In this document: positions 1 through 9,461 of the stretch, piece by piece
How positions within the stretch are numbered: the first letter of the stretch is position 1
Layout: each line of letters opens with the position of its first letter
Virus record (IMG/VR): IMGVR_UViG_3300009506_000021
Coordinates: 5,081 to 69,080 of that record
Reading direction: 5' to 3' (one strand)
Origin: a virus
DNA length: 64,000 nucleotides
Translations under genes and position numbers: made by a program
Notes under the pieces: model-generated
What the model saw: the letters and a program-made list of their open reading frames with translations, nothing else
Database searches by the model: none
Told to the model about the DNA's origin: nothing

Positions 1-1
1 C

Positions 2-1849
2 GCAACTGCGGCTGAGCGCATGCTTACAGCGATCGGCGAACCCAAAACTGTCGACACTCGCAAAGACGAGCGGCTCAGCCGTTTGTTCATGAATCGAAAG
101 ATTCGCGTGTATCCTGCTTTCAATGACTTCTATGGCATGGAAGAGGTCGTTGAGAACATCGTTTCCTTCTTCAAGCACGCTGCTCAGGGACTGGAAGAAT
201 CCAAGCAGGTGCTTTACCTCCTGGGTCCAGTGGGTGGTGGTAAGTCTTCGTTGGCTGAGAAGCTGAAGGCCCTGATGGAGAAAGTTCCTTTCTATGCACT
301 GCAGGCATACAACGAGAGTCTGAATCGTTGGGAAATCTCTCCAACTTACGAGTCTCCTCTTGGTCTGTTTGACAAGGAAGCTGATGCCGAAGAACTGCTG
401 GCTGAATACGGCATTCCTTCTCGCTATCTCGGTTCCATTCTCTCGCCTTGGGCTGTCAAACGTCTGGAAGAGGCTGACGGCGATCTCACACAGCTTCGTG
501 TTGTGAAGATTTGGCCTTCCATCCTGAATCAGGTTGGTGTCACGAAAGTCGAGCCTGGTGATGAAAACAACCAGGACATTTCGGCTCTGGTCGGTAAAGT
601 CAATATTCGTATGCTGGAAGACTACGATCAGGACGATCCTGATGCATACAACTGGGCTGGTGGTCTGAACCTCACCACGCAGGGCATGATGGAGTTCGTG
701 GAAATGTTCAAGGCTCCTATCAAGATGCTCCATCCAATGCTGACCGCCACACAGGAAGGTCACTACAACGGTACAGAGCAGTTTGGTGCCATTCCTTTCC
801 AGGGTATCCTGCTTGCTCACTCAAACGAGTCTGAGTGGACAGCATTCCGCAACAACAAGAACAACGAAGCGTTCTTGGATCGTGTCTACATCGTCAAGGT
901 CCCTTACACGCTTCGTTATTCCGAAGAGATCAAGATTTACGAGAAGTTGCTCCGTAACAGTGAGTTGAGCGAAGCGCCTTGCGCACCAGCTACTCTTGAG
1001 ATGGCTGCTCAGTTCTCGGTTCTGTCTCGTATGACGCCACCTGAGAACAGCACGCTGTACTCAAAGTTGAAGGTTTACAATGGTGAGTCCATGAAGGACA
1101 AGGATCCAAAAGCCAAGTCCGTCAGCGAGTACCGCGAATACGGCGGTGTTGACGAAGGCATGGGTGGGTTCTCAACTCGTCAGGCATTCAAGATCCTGTC
1201 GAAGGTCTTCAACTACGACGGTGATGAGGTTGCAGCCAATCCTGTGCACCTGATGTTCATCCTCGAGAAGCAGATCATCCAAGAACAGTATCCGAAGGAA
1301 GTGGAAGATGCTTGGATCACCTTCATCAAGGGCATCCTGGCACCGAAGTATGCTGACTTCATCGGCGACGAGATCCAGAAGGCTTATCTGGAAGCATACG
1401 ACGAATATGGTCAGAACCTGTTCGAGCGTTACATTCAGTACGCTGACTACTGGATTCAGGATCAGGACTATCGTGATCCCGACACTGGCGAAGCGTTCGA
1501 TCGTGAAGGTCTGAACGAGTGGCTGGAAGGTGTTGAGAAGTCCGCTGGCATCTCCAATCCAAAAGACTTCCGTAACGAAGTTGTCCAGTACGTGCTGCGT
1601 GCACGCGCCAACAACGAAGGCAAGTCTCCAGCTTGGACCAGCTACGAGAAGCTCCGTGAGGTCATCGAAAAGAAGATGTTCGCGAACACGGAAGAACTGC
1701 TTCCAGTTATTTCCTTCGGCAAGAAGTCCACGAAGGAAGAACAGCAGAAGCATGACGATTTCGTCAATCGTATGATGACCAAGGGCTACACCTCCAAGCA
1801 GGTTCGCATTCTGGTCGAGTGGTTCATGCGGTATCGTAAGCACAACTAA
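2..1849 (+). CDS. prkA: PrkA/YeaG-family AAA+ serine protein kinase (5'-truncated by window)
   Basis: Walker A LLGPVGGGKSS; KVEPGDENNQDISALVG, EFVEMFKAPIK and NKNNEAFLDR typical of YeaG; frame is open to the window start (ATAAERM). Confidence 0.95.
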   Translation, partial: ATAAERMLTAIGEPKTVDTRKDERLSRLFMNRKIRVYPAFNDFYGMEEVVENIVSFFKHAAQGLEESKQVLYLLGPVGGGKSSLAEKLKALMEKVPFYALQAYNESLNRWEISPTYESPLGLFDKEADAEELLAEYGIPSRYLGSILSPWAVKRLEEADGDLTQLRVVKIWPSILNQVGVTKVEPGDENNQDISALVGKVNIRMLEDYDQDDPDAYNWAGGLNLTTQGMMEFVEMFKAPIKMLHPMLTATQEGHYNGTEQFGAIPFQGILLAHSNESEWTAFRNNKNNEAFLDRVYIVKVPYTLRYSEEIKIYEKLLRNSELSEAPCAPATLEMAAQFSVLSRMTPPENSTLYSKLKVYNGESMKDKDPKAKSVSEYREYGGVDEGMGGFSTRQAFKILSKVFNYDGDEVAANPVHLMFILEKQIIQEQYPKEVEDAWITFIKGILAPKYADFIGDEIQKAYLEAYDEYGQNLFERYIQYADYWIQDQDYRDPDTGEAFDREGLNEWLEGVEKSAGISNPKDFRNEVVQYVLRARANNEGKSPAWTSYEKLREVIEKKMFANTEELLPVISFGKKSTKEEQQKHDDFVNRMMTKGYTSKQVRILVEWFMRYRKHN

Positions 1850-2034
1850 TGTTCCATTTGTTTCACAAATGGGAAAAGGTGGACAAGGATGTCCGCAGGT
1901 GCTCGGTTTGTGGGTACGAACAAGGGTTCAGTTTACAGCTGGGCAAGTGGAAAGACCTTGGCTACCTTGAGACCACAAACTACGACGATATGTATTGGGT
2001 TAGGAGAAGCATGAATGGCTTACACCATAATTGA
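1849..2034 (+). CDS. small hypothetical protein with HKW...RRCSVCG zinc-binding-like motif
   Basis: 61 aa ORF coupled to the prkA stop (TAATG) and overlapping the yeaH start. Confidence 0.55.
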   Translation: MFHLFHKWEKVDKDVRRCSVCGYEQGFSLQLGKWKDLGYLETTNYDDMYWVRRSMNGLHHN

Positions 2035-3319
2035 TAGAACACTGAACGGAAAACGTAGTTCTGGTAATCGCCAGAAGTTTATCCGACGTGTCAAGGATCA
2101 GGTGAAGGAACGCATCAAGGACGCAATCGCATCAGGCAACATCGATGATCTTGTAACCAACAAGGGTAAAAAGATCAACGTACCCAAGAAGGATTTGGGA
2201 CAGCCTACTTTCAATCACGGCAAGGGTGGTAAGAAGGAGATGGTCCATCCTGGCAACAAACATTTCCGCCAGGGCGATCGTGTTGACCGTCCAGAGGGTG
2301 GTGGTGCAGGAAGTGGAAAGCAAGGTTCCAAAGATGGAGACGGTCAGGACGAGTTCGAGTTTACGTTGACTCAGAAGGAGTTCTTGGACATCTTCTTCGA
2401 AGACTGTGAACTGCCTGACATGGAAAATACTACCATCACACAGACGGATAACTTCGAAAACCGTCGTGCAGGGTTCTCTGTTGATGGTTCTGCTGCTCAG
2501 TTGAATATTGAACGGACGATGCGCCAATCCAAGGGGCGTCGTATTGGTTTGATGCGCAAGGGCAAGAAGAAGAAGTTGAAAGAACTAGAAATAGAAGAAG
2601 CGTCTCTTGCCGTCGAAATTGCGGACCTTGAGTCTCAGGGTCTTCCAGTACCGCAAGAAAAAAAGGATCGGCGGCAGACGCTGCAGGACCAAATCAAAGT
2701 CCTACGTAGAAAGCTGCGAGCTATTCCTTTCGTCGACGATTCCGACCTGCGATACAACCGTTGGGAAAAGGTTCCTGTTCCTACCACTCAAGCTGTCATG
2801 TTCTGCATCATGGACGTGTCTGCTAGTATGGGTCAGTGGGAAAAGGAAATGGCAAAACGCTTCTTTATGCTTCTGTATCTCTTCCTAACAAAGAGTTACG
2901 AACGTGTCGAAGTTGTGTTCATTCGTCACCACACTGTCGCCGACGAGGTCGATGAAGAGACATTCTTCTACGATCGAGCAACTGGTGGTACAGTTGTGTC
3001 AACAGCCCTCGAGCTAATGGACCAAATCATCCAGGAGCGCTTCCCACCAACAGAGTGGAACCTGTATGCATCACAGGCATCTGACGGTGACAACTGGTCT
3101 GATGACACTTATGTTGCGATGGACATCTTGAAGAATAAGCTACTACCACTTCTTCGGTACTATGCTTACATCGAGATTACAGACAATCCCGCCAGAGAGT
3201 CTGACTTGTGGCCAAAATATGAGACCATCATGAACAACCACACGAACTTCAAGATGAAGAAAGTTTCGGATGCAGCAGAGATATATCCTGTGTTCAAAGA
3301 CTTGTTCAAGAAACAGTAG
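2015..3319 (+). CDS. yeaH: YeaH/YhbH (DUF444) vWA-domain protein
   Basis: IIDR..NRQKFIRR N-terminus, HPGN motif, MIDAS-like MDVSASM, TGGTVVS, ASDGDNW; located between prkA and spoVR. Confidence 0.93.
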   Translation: MAYTIIDRTLNGKRSSGNRQKFIRRVKDQVKERIKDAIASGNIDDLVTNKGKKINVPKKDLGQPTFNHGKGGKKEMVHPGNKHFRQGDRVDRPEGGGAGSGKQGSKDGDGQDEFEFTLTQKEFLDIFFEDCELPDMENTTITQTDNFENRRAGFSVDGSAAQLNIERTMRQSKGRRIGLMRKGKKKKLKELEIEEASLAVEIADLESQGLPVPQEKKDRRQTLQDQIKVLRRKLRAIPFVDDSDLRYNRWEKVPVPTTQAVMFCIMDVSASMGQWEKEMAKRFFMLLYLFLTKSYERVEVVFIRHHTVADEVDEETFFYDRATGGTVVSTALELMDQIIQERFPPTEWNLYASQASDGDNWSDDTYVAMDILKNKLLPLLRYYAYIEITDNPARESDLWPKYETIMNNHTNFKMKKVSDAAEIYPVFKDLFKKQ

Positions 3320-3330
3320 AGAAGGATATT

Positions 3331-4905
3331 ATGGATAAAGAGATGACGAAAAAGCCTTACACGCCTCTGACAGAGGGTGCCGAGTGGAGCTATGACCTGC
3401 TTGATGACTACTATCATCACATCGAGCGGATTGCGACACAAAAGTTCAAACTCAACCCTTATCCAAATCAGCTCGAGATCATCTCGTCTGAACAGATGCT
3501 TGAAGCATACGCTACACACGCAATGCCAGTGTACTACGATCACTGGGCAACTGGTATGCGTTTCGTTCAGGAACTGGAACACTATCGCCGTGGTCGAATG
3601 GGATTGGCGTATGAGGTTGTTATCAACTCCAACCCTTGTATCTCTTACCTGATGGAAGAGAACACAATGCTGATGCAGATTCTCGTTACTGCACACGCAG
3701 CGTTCGGTCACAACCACTTCTTTAAGAACAACTACATGTTCCAGCAGTGGACAGACGCAAGTTCCATCATTGACTACTTGTCATTCGCAAAGAACTTCAT
3801 CCGTGAATGTGAAGAGCGGTATGGTGAGGAAGAAGTGGAAGAGACGCTCGATGCATGTCATGCTTTGCAGTACTATGGCATCGATAAGTACAAACGTCCA
3901 CCTAAGCCATCTGCTGCCCAGGAAAAGGCTCAACAGGAAGAACGCGAAAAGTGGATTCAGTCCCAGATCAACGAGCTGTGGATGCGTACTGTTCCTGCTG
4001 CCGATAAGAAACAGGAACAGGAGGAAAGTGGATTCCCCGCTGACTCCATTGAAAACCTTCTGTACTTCATCGAGAAGAACGCTCCAAACATGCCTCAGTG
4101 GAAACGTGAGATTGTTCGTATTGTCCGCAAACTGAGCCAGTACTTCTATCCCCAGATGCAGACGCAGTTGATGAACGAAGGCTTCGCCACATTCATGCAC
4201 TATACAATTGTGAACGAACTGTACGATGAGGGTCTGATTAGTGATGGTTACATGCTCGAGTTCCTTGAGAGTCATACAAACGTCACTCGTCAAGTGGATT
4301 ATGACCATCCCTATTACAGTGGTATCAATGTGTACGCTCTTGGGCTTGCTATGTACCAAGACATCAAGCGAATCAGCATGGAACCAACTGAAGAGGACCT
4401 TGATTGGTTCAGCCACAAGGAGTGGGTTGGAAATGGCAAATGGCTCGACAACGTCCTTTGGGCTGCTGCAAACTTCAAAGACGAAAGCTTCGTCCTTGAG
4501 TTCCTGTCTCCAAAGGTGATGCGCGATTTCCATCTGTTCGCCGTCGTCGATGATGATCAGGATACCAAAATGGAAATCTCCGCGATTCACAACACAGAAG
4601 GGTACAAGCGTGTTCGCACAGCGCTGTCGACACAGTACAATCGTGGTGCGATGGTTCCTGAAATTCAGGTTGCGAAGGGTGGCGTTGATCGTTGGGGAGA
4701 TCGCTCGATGAAGCTTCAGCACATCGTTCGTGATCGTCGTCCTCTTGACGAAGAAAGTGCAATGGAGACTCTGAAACATGCACGTGTGTTGTGGGGCTAT
4801 AATGTTAAACTGGAAAGCATTAATCCCGACGGAAAAGCCGAAGCATTATACGAGATTACAGGCGACAAACAGATGCTTGATGTCTTCGTCGACGATGATG
4901 CATAA
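3331..4905 (+). CDS. spoVR: SpoVR/YcgB family protein
   Basis: GLAYEVVINSNPCISYLMEEN, AHAAFGHNHFFKNNY, YFYPQMQTQLMNEGFATF motifs. Confidence 0.95.
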   Translation: MDKEMTKKPYTPLTEGAEWSYDLLDDYYHHIERIATQKFKLNPYPNQLEIISSEQMLEAYATHAMPVYYDHWATGMRFVQELEHYRRGRMGLAYEVVINSNPCISYLMEENTMLMQILVTAHAAFGHNHFFKNNYMFQQWTDASSIIDYLSFAKNFIRECEERYGEEEVEETLDACHALQYYGIDKYKRPPKPSAAQEKAQQEEREKWIQSQINELWMRTVPAADKKQEQEESGFPADSIENLLYFIEKNAPNMPQWKREIVRIVRKLSQYFYPQMQTQLMNEGFATFMHYTIVNELYDEGLISDGYMLEFLESHTNVTRQVDYDHPYYSGINVYALGLAMYQDIKRISMEPTEEDLDWFSHKEWVGNGKWLDNVLWAAANFKDESFVLEFLSPKVMRDFHLFAVVDDDQDTKMEISAIHNTEGYKRVRTALSTQYNRGAMVPEIQVAKGGVDRWGDRSMKLQHIVRDRRPLDEESAMETLKHARVLWGYNVKLESINPDGKAEALYEITGDKQMLDVFVDDDA

Positions 4906-4911
4906 ATAGTT

Positions 4912-4938
4912 ATAGGGAAGGTTATCCTTCCCTATTTT
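4912..4938 (+). terminator. stem-loop / intrinsic terminator after spoVR
   Basis: ATAGGGAAGG-ttat-CCTTCCCTAT followed by a short T run. Confidence 0.6.
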
Positions 4939-4976
4939 ATCTAAAAATACGGCAACGCAAGAAGGAGTTTCCTTTA

Positions 4977-5270
4977 ATGTTAGTGGTGCGTGGCATCACC
5001 AGAGACGGTAAGAGGTTTAGACCCAGTGACTGGGCTAACATGCTTGTCGGTCGATATGTCACCCCAGTTCCATCCTACCTAATGTTCGGACAATTATCGC
5101 ACGAAGAAACCCAAGAATGCATTTCAATCTCAAAACACATTCAGATTTGTTGTACTCGCGAGTGTTGCGAAATCCACATTCACTCGGGTCTCCTCGATAC
5201 GTTTCCAATAGTGTACGAACACATCAGGCAGTTTGCCATAACCAATAACCTTGTATATACCGAAACCTGA
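4977..5270 (+). CDS. DUF3579-like protein
   Basis: GITRDGKRFRPSDWA N-terminal motif and FA..NNL C-terminus; AAGGAG RBS. Confidence 0.7.
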   Translation: MLVVRGITRDGKRFRPSDWANMLVGRYVTPVPSYLMFGQLSHEETQECISISKHIQICCTRECCEIHIHSGLLDTFPIVYEHIRQFAITNNLVYTET

Positions 5271-5361
5271 GGAGGTGATCTTAGCGAAGAAAACGATTGT
5301 GTAGTAAAGTATCAATAAAGGACTAGGATGTCCACAACCAACAAAAGAGGAGCGCCCTCTG

Positions 5362-6156
5362 ATGTCCAGAAAGACAAGAACGCGCAACAGAAAGACACAA
5401 TCAAAACTACGTGAACAGGTTGAATTTTTGAATGAGATCAACATTAACAACACGAAAGCCATGGAGGAAGGACCTATCAAAAAGAAATGGAGCATACACG
5501 ACCTAGGTCGTATTAAACCACTAACCCCAACGCAGGAAGATATGTTCCATGCGTTCTACAACGGAAACGACATCTGTGCACACGGCACAGCTGGTACGGG
5601 CAAAACTTTCCTCGCCATGTACCTTGCCTTCCAAGAAATTCTCGACGATCGTTACGAAGCTAATCACATCATCATCGTTCGCTCAAATGTTGCGACTCGT
5701 GAGGTTGGACACTTGCCTGGAACACTTGATGAAAAGATGTCCGAATACGAGGCACCTTATCGTGAGATCTGCGCCGAGTTGTTTGATCGTCCCTCCACAT
5801 ACAACGACATGAAAGCTGCAGGTCTAATCACCTTCATGCCAACCTCGTTCATTCGTGGGTTGACTTGGAACAATGCAGTCGTTATTGTCGAAGAAGGTCA
5901 GAACATGAACTTCCACGAGATAGACTCTGTGATGACACGTGTTGGTCGCAACTCACGAGTTATCTTCACGGGAGACATTCCTCAGGCTGACTTGCCACAC
6001 ACAGGACGCGATAGAAGTGGCATGAAGTTGTTGCTTGATGTTATGAAAGACCTTAAAGACTTCGCCGAAGTCAGATTCACTCGCACAGATATTGTTCGAG
6101 GGGAATTTGTGAAAAGGTGGATCACAGCCACAGAGCACCTAGCGGAGCTCAAATAA
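5362..6156 (+). CDS. phoH: PhoH-like ATPase
   Basis: GTAGTGKT Walker A, GHLPG, FIRGLT, EEGQN, TRVG..SRVIFTGD. Confidence 0.93.
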   Translation: MSRKTRTRNRKTQSKLREQVEFLNEININNTKAMEEGPIKKKWSIHDLGRIKPLTPTQEDMFHAFYNGNDICAHGTAGTGKTFLAMYLAFQEILDDRYEANHIIIVRSNVATREVGHLPGTLDEKMSEYEAPYREICAELFDRPSTYNDMKAAGLITFMPTSFIRGLTWNNAVVIVEEGQNMNFHEIDSVMTRVGRNSRVIFTGDIPQADLPHTGRDRSGMKLLLDVMKDLKDFAEVRFTRTDIVRGEFVKRWITATEHLAELK

Positions 6157-6158
6157 AG

Positions 6159-6185
6159 AAAAGGCGGTTTAAAACCGCCTTTTTT
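6159..6185. terminator. bidirectional intrinsic terminator
   Basis: AAAAGGCGGTTT..AAACCGCCTTTTT between convergent genes. Confidence 0.85.
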
Positions 6186-6186
6186 A

Positions 6187-6561
6187 TTACAGACTTTCGT
6201 CTGAGAGAATTTTGATTACAATATCCGTTAACTTATCTATTTTCTTGTTCAGAACATCAAAGTCACGAATATCACGTTCCTCATGATCATCGATCGTCTT
6301 TTGCATGTTGTCGATCTTTGAGTTGAGCAGGCGCACATCAGCATCGGCATTCACAACCTGATCTTTCAAGTTCGAGATCCGATCGTGTGCATGCTGGATG
6401 CGATCTTCGACGATTTGCTGAGCAGACTTTTGAAAGGCTGGTCTTGACTTTGGTGGGTCATTTCTTGTTTTAAGCAAGTAACCAAATATACCAAAGACCA
6501 CTGTCACGACTGAGCCGACAATTGCGAATGCCTCAGGAATGGTGAGTACAAAATCTTCCAT
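6187..6561 (-). CDS. single-TM membrane protein with C-terminal coiled coil
   Basis: N-terminal hydrophobic helix AFAIVGSVVTVVFGIFGYLL, then heptad-like region. Confidence 0.7.
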   Translation of the reverse strand: MEDFVLTIPEAFAIVGSVVTVVFGIFGYLLKTRNDPPKSRPAFQKSAQQIVEDRIQHAHDRISNLKDQVVNADADVRLLNSKIDNMQKTIDDHEERDIRDFDVLNKKIDKLTDIVIKILSDESL

Positions 6562-6595
6562 TAACTACGTTCCCTTTATTCAAACCACATAACCA

Positions 6596-7048
6596 CTAAA
6601 GGGTATGACGGACGTTTCCAAGATTGACAAGCTCACCGACTTCCTTTAATAGGCGGCGCTTTGTTTCCTTTCGATATAACTCCATTTCACTTGTTGGTAA
6701 ATCTGCTTCACGAACCACAGAGACTTTATAAGTTTTTCCAGCAATGTCCATTGGCGTAAAGGCAACATCAACTGCGATACTGTTTCCATCATGCGTTGTG
6801 CCTGTCGTCACGACACGTGAACAGTTGCAATTAAACCTTGGTAGAACCGTATGTACGTTCTCCTCCAAGATGTCATCTGCCTTCCAACCAAACAGTTGCT
6901 CGGCTGCTGGATTGAAAAGAATAATGTGGTCTTCAGCATCTGTACAGATAATAGCATCCTGCGTATGTTTTACCAACGCAGCTAGAAAATCTGTCAAATC
7001 TGTGTCTATTGCTCTAGCGTTGCAAGTCGTACTCATTTGAGTATCCAT
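6596..7048 (-). CDS. stand-alone PAS-domain protein
   Basis: DAIICTDAEDHIILFNPAAEQLFGWKADDILEENVHTVLP is a typical PAS signature; start moved to the ATG at 7048 behind an AAGGGAG purine tract. Confidence 0.8.
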   Translation of the reverse strand: MDTQMSTTCNARAIDTDLTDFLAALVKHTQDAIICTDAEDHIILFNPAAEQLFGWKADDILEENVHTVLPRFNCNCSRVVTTGTTHDGNSIAVDVAFTPMDIAGKTYKVSVVREADLPTSEMELYRKETKRRLLKEVGELVNLGNVRHTL

Positions 7049-7147
7049 CTCCCTTCCGATGACCAATATTTATTCGGTTTTTGAAAATTTGCGTTAAAAT
7101 AGTATGATAAGTCTTCATGTGTTTGCGGACCCTTTTCGTATTTATGG

Positions 7148-7176
7148 TTGACTGTTAAGAAACAATGAGGTATAGT
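7148..7176 (+). promoter_or_regulatory. sigma70-type promoter
   Basis: TTGACT-17-TATAGT. Confidence 0.75.
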
Positions 7177-7202
7177 GGCAGTACATCATAAAGGAGCGAA
7201 AA

Positions 7203-7733
7203 ATGCGAGCATATTTTTTCGGCAATATGTATTTGTCGTCTATTCAGCAAGGTATCCAAGCTGCCCACGCCATCCATGAAATGTTCACCAAATACATGCC
7301 CGGTTTCAACGATGATCCGAGCGGTGAATTCGAAGTGCTGGATGAGTGGGCACGTGAGCACAAAACGATGGTTTTGCTCAATGGCGGTTACATGGAAACC
7401 ATAGAAGAGCTAATGGAATTCTTCGACACAGACGAAAACCCATATCCCTGGGCACCCTTCTACGAAGGCACAGATTCACTTGGTGGCATCCTGACAACTA
7501 TTAGCATTGTGCTACCCGAAGAAATCTACCTGATCGCCAAAGGCATCCGTAACGAGCGTCCTCGTCGTGATGGCTCCCGGACAATTCGTCAAATGCTGGA
7601 GGAGGAAGGCAACATCGTGGTCGGTCCCGACAATGACCTGGGCTTTAATGTCAAAGAGCAAACGATGTTTGCCATCTCCAAGTGGGAATATGACCTTATG
7701 AATAGACTCAACCAATTTGGACTTGCGAGGTAA
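7203..7733 (+). CDS. putative PTH2-like (peptidyl-tRNA hydrolase II fold) protein
   Basis: LSSIQQGIQAAHA...WAREHKTMVLL...FYE..D..G.LT.I pattern resembles the PTH2 layout (QxxHA, W..K.VL); remote similarity judged by eye. Confidence 0.45.
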   Translation: MRAYFFGNMYLSSIQQGIQAAHAIHEMFTKYMPGFNDDPSGEFEVLDEWAREHKTMVLLNGGYMETIEELMEFFDTDENPYPWAPFYEGTDSLGGILTTISIVLPEEIYLIAKGIRNERPRRDGSRTIRQMLEEEGNIVVGPDNDLGFNVKEQTMFAISKWEYDLMNRLNQFGLAR

Positions 7734-7735
7734 AC

Positions 7736-7972
7736 ATGCAACGTAAAACACTGCACACAAGCGAAGTACATTCTTCGAAGAACATGGTCGAGGTGGCTCT
7801 GCGCAACATTTCACCCGATGCTGCAGATACAACTTCAACCTACATCCCAAACCAAGACATTCAGGCAACCATCTCTCTGTTGCGAGAAGCAGCAGACAAG
7901 CTTGAAACGGAGCTAAACTCTCAGAAGGGTCGGGACATCTGGTTCTGGACGGCGATTCATCAGCGAGACTGA
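7736..7972 (+). CDS. hypothetical protein
   Basis: GAGG RBS, tightly packed in operon. Confidence 0.6.
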   Translation: MQRKTLHTSEVHSSKNMVEVALRNISPDAADTTSTYIPNQDIQATISLLREAADKLETELNSQKGRDIWFWTAIHQRD

Positions 7973-7973
7973 A

Positions 7974-8903
7974 ATGGACAAGACAACACTTGGCAATCGA
8001 ATGAAAACCTACGAGGCGACCACGCAGTCAAAACTATTGCGACGTACGCCTGTTATCATTCGTGTAGACGGTAAGGCGTTTCACACGTGGACCAAAAAGA
8101 TCAAGCCAAGCATTGATCCAACACTGAATGAAAGTCCATTCAGCAAAGTGATGCACGATCTGATGGTCTCGACGGCACTATCGATGTGCAGTCAGATGCA
8201 GAACGCCGAACTCGCATATACGCAATCGGATGAAATTTCTATCCTGCTCCGCGACTGGGACAAACACGAGACAGAGCAGTGGTTTGATGCTAAGATTCAG
8301 AAAATTGTTTCTGTGTCCGCAGCGATGGCAGCTACGTACTTCAACTACTACCTGCAGCGCCTTCCAATTTGGCCCCAGACTGACTATGACGACAAAGGGT
8401 GCCTTGATCCGCTTCCATCTTGGATTGGAGACATTCCGTTGTTTGACTCTCGCGTGTTCAATCTTCCTATGGAAGAAGTCACGAACTACTTCATTTGGAG
8501 GCAACAAGACGCTTCACGCAACAGCGTACAGATGTTGGGTCGCTACTATTTCTCTGCCAAGCAGATGCATGGCAAGAGTAACAACGATGTGCAGGACATG
8601 TTGATGGAGTTGGAAAAGCCTGTCAACTGGAACAACATAGCAACGTGGATGAAGCGTGGAACCTGCATCATTCCAAATCCAAACTCATTCGATTCGTCTG
8701 CCGCTTATGTTGTCGACGAAGAGATTCCTATTTTTACACAGGACCGTAATTACGTAGAGAGGCACCTTGTCCCTGAAAAAGATTGGGACGAAATGATTGC
8801 TGAATCTCATCAAGCGCTTGACAACATCCAGGCTGCCGGAAACGAAATGCTTATCAAGAAGGGTGGTCCTTACGACGCTGAAGAGCAGATGAAGAGCAGA
8901 TGA
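7974..8903 (+). CDS. tRNA-His guanylyltransferase Thg1-like (3'-5' polymerase)
   Basis: IIRVDGKAFH, YTQSDEISILL, FDSRVF, YFIWRQQDASRNS. Confidence 0.92.
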   Translation: MDKTTLGNRMKTYEATTQSKLLRRTPVIIRVDGKAFHTWTKKIKPSIDPTLNESPFSKVMHDLMVSTALSMCSQMQNAELAYTQSDEISILLRDWDKHETEQWFDAKIQKIVSVSAAMAATYFNYYLQRLPIWPQTDYDDKGCLDPLPSWIGDIPLFDSRVFNLPMEEVTNYFIWRQQDASRNSVQMLGRYYFSAKQMHGKSNNDVQDMLMELEKPVNWNNIATWMKRGTCIIPNPNSFDSSAAYVVDEEIPIFTQDRNYVERHLVPEKDWDEMIAESHQALDNIQAAGNEMLIKKGGPYDAEEQMKSR

Positions 8904-8910
8904 AGAGACG

Positions 8911-9129
8911 ATGATGGAAGACACCAGAACATGTAGGCAGATAGTTATCGATCGAATTAAGTCATACGCAGATGGTATCTTATATTGGGCACCTGATGAT
9001 GTACGTGAATATGACTTTGACAACATGACGGATGCACAGGTCGTCAAAACGTTCGAACTGCTTGTGTTCGATTATGTTCGTATTCGAAATGAATATCGAG
9101 CCAACAATCCAGATCCAAGGCTAAAATAA
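8911..9129 (+). CDS. hypothetical protein
   Basis: 72 aa ORF coupled to the next gene. Confidence 0.55.
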   Translation: MMEDTRTCRQIVIDRIKSYADGILYWAPDDVREYDFDNMTDAQVVKTFELLVFDYVRIRNEYRANNPDPRLK

Positions 9130-9461
9130 TGAGCGTACTAGAAGCAAAATTTTACGAAGAGATTCACTGGCTGTTTGAGTTAACCCAAAAATATGAAAGA
9201 GGTGAGCCTCTTGCACTAACGGTTAAGCTCGGTGAAGAAGTCGGTGAGTTTGACGAGACGGTATTGAAACATACGGGATACCTTCGCCACAAAGAAGTCA
9301 AAGAAGATCCCATGCACGAGGCAGCAGACATCATCAATGTATTGATTGGTTGCTTGACAGTTCTGTATCCGGAAAAGACTCCGTTTGAGTTGACCGAAGA
9401 ACTTTACGAAGCGATCTGCGAGAAAGGAGAAAAGTATGAGCGAATCCTCCGAAACTCCTAA
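9129..9461 (+). CDS. MazG-like nucleotide pyrophosphohydrolase
   Basis: KLGEEVGEF...HEAADII (ExxE...ExxD). Confidence 0.75.
   Translation: MSVLEAKFYEEIHWLFELTQKYERGEPLALTVKLGEEVGEFDETVLKHTGYLRHKEVKEDPMHEAADIINVLIGCLTVLYPEKTPFELTEELYEAICEKGEKYERILRNS

Noticed and set aside
1172-4779. Long antisense ORFs (1172-1843, 3781-4779; likewise 48396-49124, 47128-47679, 25897-26448)
   Set aside because: They shadow well-supported genes on the opposite strand, have no recognisable motifs and are expected from codon bias.
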